The translations under genes and the position numbers were made by a program. From a virus (lineage: Duplodnaviria > Caudoviricetes), in the IMG/VR virus record IMGVR_UViG_3300037295_000263, positions 128,001 to 192,000 of that record: 64,000 nt of DNA; one strand, written 5' to 3'. The notes beneath the pieces were generated by a model. It was not told the origin of the DNA. It searched no databases and was given only the letters and a program-made list of their open reading frames with translations. Shown piece by piece: positions 57,036 to 63,397 of this stretch; position 1 is the first letter of the stretch, and every line of letters starts with the position of its first letter.

Positions 57036-57183
57036 ATTTTATAATTGACACATGCTTATTTCCGTACAAAGCTTTTGCATGTTTGATAGCTTCTTTACGA
57101 TCTGCCACATGTACAATTCTACGATCTAATGCTTGTCCCATAGGAGAAATTACGTATTTGTAAAGTTGCTTTGATTCGTTCAT
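57022..57183 (-). CDS. Small hypothetical protein MNESKQLYKYVISPMGQ... (53 aa)
   Basis: AAGGA RBS and dedicated promoter; not in the ORF track. Confidence 0.65.
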   Translation of the reverse strand: MNESKQLYKYVISPMGQALDRRIVHVADRKEAIKHAKALYGNKHVSIIKFDIV

Positions 57184-57207
57184 AGTGTTTCCTTGTAAAA
57201 TAGAATT

Positions 57208-57236
57208 ATTATAAACTATTTGTTGCCGTTTGTCAA
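57208..57236 (-). promoter_or_regulatory. Consensus sigma70 promoter TTGACA-17-TATAAT
   Basis: Read directly. Confidence 0.85.
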
Positions 57237-57241
57237 ATTGT

Positions 57242-57314
57242 TTTTAATATAGCAGTCGCTACTGGGCATTGTAACTCCGCCCATATTACAGTTAGTTGGA
57301 CTGCTATATTAAAA
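57242..57314 (-). ncRNA. Inverted-repeat-bounded element C (73 nt) with internal pseudoknot
   Basis: 16-bp perfect stem; TGTAAT/GTTACA crossed by TGGGC/GCCCA. Confidence 0.55.
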
Positions 57315-57320
57315 CAAACT

Positions 57321-57396
57321 TGGTGCCGCCACGAGGATTCGAACCCCGGACATCTTCATTACAAGTGAAACACTCTACCAACTGAGCTATGGCGGC
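57321..57396 (-). tRNA. tRNA-Thr(TGT)
   Basis: Full cloverleaf, CTTGTAA loop, ACCA end. Confidence 0.95.
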
Positions 57397-57424
57397 AATA
57401 CTGTACAATTTTTACTACACTGTT

Positions 57425-57453
57425 ATTGTAACACTAAAAACTTTACGTGTCAA
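57425..57453 (-). promoter_or_regulatory. Sigma70 promoter TTGACA-17-TACAAT
   Basis: Read directly. Confidence 0.8.
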
Positions 57454-57462
57454 CTACTTGTT

Positions 57463-57536
57463 TGGTGGAGAATAAGAGAATCGAACTCTTAATTTCGGCA
57501 TGCAAAGCCAACGTTATCCCATTTAACTAATTCCCC
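57463..57536 (-). tRNA. tRNA-Ala(TGC)
   Basis: GGGGAAT/ATTCTCC with G3:U70, loop TTTGCAT, ACCA end. Confidence 0.92.
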
Positions 57537-57541
57537 ATAAC

Positions 57542-57621
57542 TGGTCTCTTGTGTAGGATTCCAACCTACGTTATTCTTGGTCCCAAACCAAGTGCCATTG
57601 AGCAGACTAGGCGAACAAGAG
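57542..57621 (-). tRNA. tRNA-Pro(TGG), atypical D and T loops
   Basis: CTTGG-TTTGGGA-CCAAG, ACCA end; T loop TTGGAAT; D loop lacks GG. Confidence 0.8.
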
Positions 57622-57627
57622 TAAAAC

Positions 57628-57702
57628 TGGCGACTCGTGCCGGAATCGAACCGGCGTAATAGGATAGACAATCCCACGTAATAACCTCTATACGAACGAG
57701 CC
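57628..57702 (-). tRNA. tRNA-Asp(GTC)
   Basis: TGGGA-TTGTCTA-TCCTA, GCCA end. Confidence 0.92.
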
Positions 57703-57711
57703 TTAAATTGT

Positions 57712-57794
57712 TGGTGGAGTATACTGGAATTGAACCAGTCGTGCCTAAGGCAGCGGAAGGCCTTCCACTGCATCACCATTGATGCTTCTACTCC
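57712..57794 (-). ncRNA. Tyr-type tRNA body with the anticodon loop replaced by 6-nt AGGCCT
   Basis: D arm GCATC/GATGC, stem GTGGA/TCCGC, V arm GCC-TTA-GGC, T arm ACTGG/CCAGT, ACCA end. Confidence 0.65.
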
Positions 57795-57847
57795 GTAATT
57801 TTAACACACTCTTTAGAATGTGTGTACTAAAGCAGACTAAAATGAGT

Positions 57848-58297
57848 TTATTTTAAAGGAAAGTAATCTTGGTTTGAAAATTTACTAACTAAGCTAGTTT
57901 GTCGATTTTGTCGAGCAGGTTGTCCAGTTCCACTCTCGTCGTGGGTAAAAACACCATAAAGTCTAATTATATGCGGATTGTTACCTGATATAGAATAAAA
58001 TATACTAATATCGACAGTAAGTTTCGAATGCCGTATATTAGACCATATATTTTTGTTTTTAAACCCTTCGTCTTTTCCGTAAGGACTAGTTGGATTTTGT
58101 GATTTAAATATTAGAAATTGTTCCAAGTTATTTTTAACTTGTACATTATCTCTTTTGTCTAACAATGATTTCTTGTACAGTTCACTAATTTCGAATACAA
58201 CTTCAGGTGCTGGATTAGCTACAGGCAAAGGAATCGATGGTGTTTTCTTCTTTGACGCTTCGTTAATGATATCGATATATTTACGCAAAATGCTCAT
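57848..58297 (-). CDS. Putative RelE/YafQ-fold endoribonuclease
   Basis: HSKLTVDISIFY...IRLYGVFTHDE resembles the YafQ C-terminal H...LLIY...L...GSH pattern. Confidence 0.5.
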   Translation of the reverse strand: MSILRKYIDIINEASKKKTPSIPLPVANPAPEVVFEISELYKKSLLDKRDNVQVKNNLEQFLIFKSQNPTSPYGKDEGFKNKNIWSNIRHSKLTVDISIFYSISGNNPHIIRLYGVFTHDESGTGQPARQNRQTSLVSKFSNQDYFPLK

Positions 58298-58473
58298 TTT
58301 AATAAAGATTCGTTTAATGATAGAAGCTGCGATAGAGATAAGATTTCTGTCTTGGCATTGCGCGATTCTAAAATAATATTGCTCAGATCTTCCGTTGAAA
58401 AATTTGTATTATTTTCCAAGTTAGTTTGTTCACAAATTATTTTGATTTCTTTAGGTAACAAGTTAGTAGTCAT
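58294..58473 (-). CDS. Small hypothetical protein, possible antitoxin
   Basis: ATGA overlap with the RelE-like gene; start moved to ATG 58473. Confidence 0.5.
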   Translation of the reverse strand: MTTNLLPKEIKIICEQTNLENNTNFSTEDLSNIILESRNAKTEILSLSQLLSLNESLLK

Positions 58474-58675
58474 AATATTATTTATCCTGTAAGTTGCTAT
58501 ATTAGTCAACATTATAACAAACTTTATCAAGTATGTCAAGTAGCAATAATCTGCTTTAATACGCTGTAGTTTTTCACACCACAAAAGGTGTTTTCATCGT
58601 ACAGGCCGCCCATTTAAAACTTTTATAGTGGTTTAAGGATCTCGTTTCCTATATCACTTTAGTGCTGCGCTAATG

Positions 58676-58709
58676 AAAAACTCCAGGGTTTTTATTCCTG
58701 GAGTCTTTT
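58676..58709 (-). terminator. Intrinsic terminator-like hairpin
   Basis: ACTCCAGG/CCTGGAGT stem followed by a T run on both strands. Confidence 0.7.
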
Positions 58710-58713
58710 AAAG

Positions 58714-58867
58714 TTACAGTATTTTGTATTTCTACACAACACCTACCTCTCCAGACTCCGTCTTAATCCCCTCTGGTGTACAATCATTACTATTAAATTC
58801 GCATACCTGCCAAGGGGTGGACATTGTGCCCGCCGGATTAGCGTTAACATGCGATTGATAACTGTAA
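58714..58867 (-). ncRNA. Candidate kissing-loop structured RNA of about 155 nt with its own promoter and terminator
   Basis: TTACAGT/ACTGTAA closing stem; TCGCAT/ATGCGA and CCAGA/TCTGG arms with complementary loops. Confidence 0.6.
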
Positions 58868-58907
58868 TTCTGTACTAACATAAGTTTTTCCTTTTATTCT
58901 ATAACTA

Positions 58908-58936
58908 ATTTTACTATCTTTTATTTATGCTGTCAA
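58908..58936 (-). promoter_or_regulatory. Sigma70 promoter TTGACA-17-TAAAAT with embedded TAAATA
   Basis: Read directly. Confidence 0.75.
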
Positions 58937-58980
58937 TCATTTTATTACTTTAATAGAGAATTCGTTCCACTGTCCGTACA

Positions 58981-59046
58981 TTAGTGGTTCGATTTTGATT
59001 TTGACCATTCCCAACCGGATGTGTGCTGAGTTGTTTCTGATTTCAT
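58981..59046 (-). CDS. 21-aa peptide MKSETTQHTSGWEWSKSKSNH, candidate darobactin-like RiPP precursor
   Basis: AAGGA 5 nt before ATG; starts 26 nt after the radical SAM stop codon; WxWSKS motif. Confidence 0.55.
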   Translation of the reverse strand: MKSETTQHTSGWEWSKSKSNH

Positions 59047-59072
59047 ACCAGTCCTTTTTATGCATTATAATA

Positions 59073-60428
59073 TCATAATACTACACTGGAACAATGTTTT
59101 TGAATTAATTCTTTGACATCTCTTAATGTTGTACGCCAGTTAGTGCCTCGGCGAATGTCGAGGATGTCCATAACTCTAACAAATTCTTGGATTGCTGCTT
59201 GATTTTCAAAATCAATATAAGAATTTAACAAATTGATCTGAGACCGTATCCATCGTTCTCTTGTAGGTGTATTTTCAATCTTTTGCAATCTGTCTATTAT
59301 TTCTAATTTTGCAGATTTAGGCAAGTTTCTAATATCGTAACATACTGGACCTTCTATATATCTTATGTTTAAATCTACTTCTAATTCTTCAGATAACGGT
59401 AACAGTCTTTCAAGGGTATAAGGAGTAGCAATGCCGATACAACTTGAAATATAAGTAATTTCTATTCCATTGTTTTTAATTATTTTTAAGTTTTCGATTA
59501 TTCTTTCATACTTTCCAGGAAATCGAATTAAGTTATACCTGTCTTCGGTTTCGTCAAGACTTATACACAAAAATACTTTTTTAAAATGTTTCCATCTGTT
59601 TATTATTTTGTTGTTGATTACACTTAAATTTGTATCGTATCTAAGATATATGTTTTTAGCTGAACCATTTGCTATTAATCTATCCAAACACTCAGCCATT
59701 GCCGGTACGATCAACGGTTCTCCACCAGTAAAATAAATATGTCTCAACTGCGAAGAAATATGTTCAAATTTACTCCACCATACATTAGTTTCCCACCACG
59801 GCACAGTAACATTGCCAGTATTTGATTTCAAGTAAAAAGATTTGTAATTTTCTTTTTTAAAATTACTAGTCATTATATTATTTCTCATAGGCAATCTTCC
59901 TACTGCCTCCCAATCATCATACCATTGATTACTGTGTTCTGGGCTACACATGATACATTTTTGATTGCATAAATTTCCAAATCTAATATCTAAATTTATA
60001 ACTTTTGGATTAGTTATCGATCCGTCGGCGTTCATTACACTTTTAGCAGTGTCTACTGTGATGTATTCAGGTATATTTTTTACAGTTACGTTTAAAACTC
60101 GTTGGCGCTTGCTTATTCCTGTTTTTGCATTTTTGCCCCATGAAATTATTCCCCGAGTACTATCCTCCGAGTCGTAACAACTCCTGCATCGTTTTACTTT
60201 AATATTTTGTGCAAGTTCTAATCTATGACTTTTATGAGTTTCGCTATTAATAGCTTCTTCAAACGAATGCGTCATGATGTTCATAGTTTTTCCATTACTA
60301 TCAACAGCCATCCCAAAGTCTTTATCAAAATTGGCAAGGCAGCAAATTTTAAAATCTCCACTAGGGCTTATTTCCAACTGACTCCATGGTTCCGGGCAAA
60401 AGCTCTCGATGTTAAAATTTGTTGTCAT
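59073..60428 (-). CDS. Radical SAM protein with N-terminal twitch/SPASM-like domain
   Basis: FCPEPW...KICC...CRSC, CNQKCIMC, TGGEP, YDTN. Confidence 0.92.
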   Translation of the reverse strand: MTTNFNIESFCPEPWSQLEISPSGDFKICCLANFDKDFGMAVDSNGKTMNIMTHSFEEAINSETHKSHRLELAQNIKVKRCRSCYDSEDSTRGIISWGKNAKTGISKRQRVLNVTVKNIPEYITVDTAKSVMNADGSITNPKVINLDIRFGNLCNQKCIMCSPEHSNQWYDDWEAVGRLPMRNNIMTSNFKKENYKSFYLKSNTGNVTVPWWETNVWWSKFEHISSQLRHIYFTGGEPLIVPAMAECLDRLIANGSAKNIYLRYDTNLSVINNKIINRWKHFKKVFLCISLDETEDRYNLIRFPGKYERIIENLKIIKNNGIEITYISSCIGIATPYTLERLLPLSEELEVDLNIRYIEGPVCYDIRNLPKSAKLEIIDRLQKIENTPTRERWIRSQINLLNSYIDFENQAAIQEFVRVMDILDIRRGTNWRTTLRDVKELIQKHCSSVVL

Positions 60429-60439
60429 TTTTAAGTTCC

Positions 60440-61573
60440 TTATCTGTAATAAAAGTTGTAATCTGTATCGATAGCCAATACTTTTTTGTTCAAGTACAGT
60501 TTGGCATTTTTAGGCGTACTAACTTCCTTGTTCTTGTATTTAAAGTAATCTAAGTCATTGTTGAATTCATAAATGTATTTTTTGTAAATATACTTCTGAA
60601 TGTTCCCTCGGCTCATTAATTCTTGTCCGAGTAAGCTTACTGCCCAATTTTGAAATTCTTGTCCGTTATACCAAAAAAAACAATTTTGTTCTATAAACTT
60701 CTTTGAATTAATAGTGTCATCGAGCTGTTGGTAATTCCACAACATAGATACAATGTCGATATCGTGCCCCCAATTAAAATTTACCCACCATAAAAATTCA
60801 TAAACAGTGCGTAAATCAATCTTGGCAGACTGAGCAGTTTCAATTATTTCATTGTATGTAAAAACAGCAGAGTTAATATTTGTATTTTCAGTAAAATATT
60901 TTAAAATCTCGTTCACGTGATTTTTCCAAGGACGAGTGTGTATACCCGGATATCGTTCATTAAAGTTTTCAAAGCTGTCAAATGATATTAACGGGCCACC
61001 GATTTCTCCCGAAGTGTATAAGTTGTTGTGAGAGAACTGTATGTTACTATCAAAAAACTCATCTGTAGATATAGTAGCTAATTTTCCTTCTATGTAATTT
61101 GTGTACATATCAGGATATTCTGCAATGCTATGCTTGTTTAAAACTACTACAATCTTCGAAAGATTTTTAAAATTTCTAAGAACAGAACATAGCACTAACG
61201 TGGAATCTATTCCGCCACTCCAAAATATATACACTTTATCATAGTCTTCCGCAGAAGCTTGCAACTGTAAAGATCTAAGATCAAACAAGGAAGTACTATC
61301 CAATGCAGTTTCATGATTTGGAATAAAATGAATGGATGGATTACGCTTTACAGTATGACTTATTCTATCTAGATTAAATCTAGGATATACCAGAGTTTCA
61401 TTAGTAGCTATATGTATCATAAATCTTGCACGATCTATGCTATCTATATTTTTTAAAAATTCATATTTATTTTTAGTAGTATAAATTATTCCGTTAACAT
61501 TAATGTAGATTAATTCTTTTTCTTTTAATGGCAGTGATTTAGTTGTTTGCTGTAAATGAATATATGTTGACAT
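60440..61573 (-). CDS. PP-loop / asparagine-synthase-like protein
   Basis: VYIFWSGGIDST, TSGEIG. Confidence 0.65.
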   Translation of the reverse strand: MSTYIHLQQTTKSLPLKEKELIYINVNGIIYTTKNKYEFLKNIDSIDRARFMIHIATNETLVYPRFNLDRISHTVKRNPSIHFIPNHETALDSTSLFDLRSLQLQASAEDYDKVYIFWSGGIDSTLVLCSVLRNFKNLSKIVVVLNKHSIAEYPDMYTNYIEGKLATISTDEFFDSNIQFSHNNLYTSGEIGGPLISFDSFENFNERYPGIHTRPWKNHVNEILKYFTENTNINSAVFTYNEIIETAQSAKIDLRTVYEFLWWVNFNWGHDIDIVSMLWNYQQLDDTINSKKFIEQNCFFWYNGQEFQNWAVSLLGQELMSRGNIQKYIYKKYIYEFNNDLDYFKYKNKEVSTPKNAKLYLNKKVLAIDTDYNFYYR

Positions 61574-61575
61574 TG

Positions 61576-62214
61576 TTAAAATTCAAATCCGTAGTCTTGA
61601 ATATCGGTTTTATATATTTCAGCAATTATTTTTTTAGTCTCGTCGGTATAGTACAGCTGATGTTCATTTGATTGTGGACTGATCCCACTAGGTAATTCTA
61701 CCGGCATGTTGGTACAGAAAAAATTCTGAATCTGCGTAAAGTCGTCGACGAAGTATTCTTTTCTAATAGTAAATGTAGGCTTTTGTAATATGCCGTTGTC
61801 ATCTGTATAAGTAATCCATGCAGTTCCGGTGGTCGCCGGAGTGAACCATACTTGCGGAATATGTCGATGATGCGGTAGTTGTTTAATAAAATTTTCAAAT
61901 GACGATAAATCGAAATTAAAAAGAACGTGCATAGGATGCGATGTTCCTTGCGATTCTAACATTGTTAACTTTTTAAATGCATTAAAATTTTTAATCCATG
62001 GATTTGAAATAATTGCAACAGTTTCAACTCCAGGATATACTGATCGAATCATTTTTAAATTCGGAACTTGTTCATCAATTACATTATCGATAATATGCCT
62101 ATATCTAAACTGCGGCACTTTAAAAGACCAATCATAATAGTAATTGGGCCACATAAAATCTCCTGCAGTTAAGGTTATAAAAAAATTGTCGTTTTCTTTA
62201 TAATTGTTAATCAC
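61576..62214 (-). CDS. Sulfotransferase-family-2-like protein (degenerate)
   Basis: AIISNPW and IRKEYFVDDF resemble the VRNPW / RFENL.EDF motifs; C-terminal Y...T...I...Y..D...FG. Confidence 0.5.
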   Translation of the reverse strand: MINNYKENDNFFITLTAGDFMWPNYYYDWSFKVPQFRYRHIIDNVIDEQVPNLKMIRSVYPGVETVAIISNPWIKNFNAFKKLTMLESQGTSHPMHVLFNFDLSSFENFIKQLPHHRHIPQVWFTPATTGTAWITYTDDNGILQKPTFTIRKEYFVDDFTQIQNFFCTNMPVELPSGISPQSNEHQLYYTDETKKIIAEIYKTDIQDYGFEF

Positions 62215-63397
62215 TCAAATCCTTTATAATATTGTTAAACTGATATTTTGCTCTGTTCTTGTAAAATATATACATTTCAGATTTGGCGAAATTTATATTC
62301 TTTTCGAACCTTGCACGGTTGTTGGACCATAATTCTTTAGTACGTTGATTGTCAGTCAACAACACAATGTTATTCTTAATGGCACTATACATTCGTTCGA
62401 TCGGGTCGTCTATTTGATCATACGTGTGGTCAACTATATCATCGAATGTGTCCATGCCCATGTTTCTTAAGAAATCAACAGTGCCTTTACTACTTAATAA
62501 TATAGGAAAACTACAGCCGTATATGCTATTTAATGTTTTTTCAGTTAGCAAGAAACATTTTTCAAAATACGAAGTTTCGCTTACTAGTTCAACAAATGTA
62601 TTTCGGTAATGAATAGCTAATTTATTTTTAAAATTACTAACATTATCATTTCCTTGCGTTGGGTATATATCTGGACTTTCTGTTAGCAATATCGATGAGT
62701 TTTTAAAATTGTAGTAACCGGTAGCTACTAGATTATATATCAAATTTTGTTCTGAAGAAAATAACTGTTTACCTTCCAATACTTCAGCTTCATGAAACTC
62801 GTCTTTAAACATTGCCGAAACTAGCCCGTGCTCTGCTGTCTTTAATCCGTGTTGTAGAAATACAGACAATGCTCGGTGTAACCTCATTCCTCTATTTAGA
62901 CTAAGATAAGTCGATGTACTGTCCAGATTTTTTTCCAGAACAGGAGACATTGCCTTGTACTCTAGTTCTTGGTTAGTAATATCCCCTCCCCACGGAACTA
63001 TAAACAGGTTATCTCGTTTTATACATTGTTCTAGATTTTCCAGCGATGTTAATATTATAAATTTTTTATCAGGATATAAATCAAACAGCATACTTAAATT
63101 ATCAATAGAAGAATTCACACACTGTTTTTCAAAGTTATATTTCCCGTATGTTAAATGATCCTTGATCCCTATAATAATCAAATCTTGTTTAATATTATCT
63201 AAAATTGAATTTCGAAAATCTAATTCAAATTTGTTAATGTTTTCATTTGTTAAATGTACTATTTCTGAATATGTTGGTTCGAATATAATAGACCAAATAT
63301 AAAAACTATCATTCGCGATAGGCACATTGTTGGTCAACTCATAAAATAATCGAAATGCAAAAGCATCGCCGGGCGGTCTTTTTATTATTGTTTTCAT
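62207..63397 (-). CDS. Glycosyltransferase-like protein (LTEK motif family)
   Basis: FVELVSET...LLTEKT...FPILL...GMDTF. Confidence 0.45.
   Translation of the reverse strand: MKTIIKRPPGDAFAFRLFYELTNNVPIANDSFYIWSIIFEPTYSEIVHLTNENINKFELDFRNSILDNIKQDLIIIGIKDHLTYGKYNFEKQCVNSSIDNLSMLFDLYPDKKFIILTSLENLEQCIKRDNLFIVPWGGDITNQELEYKAMSPVLEKNLDSTSTYLSLNRGMRLHRALSVFLQHGLKTAEHGLVSAMFKDEFHEAEVLEGKQLFSSEQNLIYNLVATGYYNFKNSSILLTESPDIYPTQGNDNVSNFKNKLAIHYRNTFVELVSETSYFEKCFLLTEKTLNSIYGCSFPILLSSKGTVDFLRNMGMDTFDDIVDHTYDQIDDPIERMYSAIKNNIVLLTDNQRTKELWSNNRARFEKNINFAKSEMYIFYKNRAKYQFNNIIKDLSD

Noticed and set aside
57242-57314. Twister ribozyme or SAM-II/SAM-V riboswitch (GTTACAATGCCC and GGGCATTGTAAC resemblance)
   Set aside because: Element order does not fit any twister permutation, the conserved 3' SAM-II/V motif is absent, and no gene lies downstream.
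55027-57779. ORFs called across the tRNA array
   Set aside because: They overlap tRNAs and structured RNAs and have no RBS or protein-like composition.
55081-57794. Theta (HDV-like) ribozymes in tRNA trailers
   Set aside because: I found no nested double-pseudoknot P1-P2-P3-P4 pattern after tRNA 3' ends by eye; a descriptor search would be needed to exclude it fully.
58934-59065. Alternative 43-aa ORF MHKKDWYEIRNN... overlapping the WEWSKSK peptide
   Set aside because: It lacks an RBS and runs into the downstream promoter. It is less favoured but not excluded, since some genes here have AT-rich leaders without SD.
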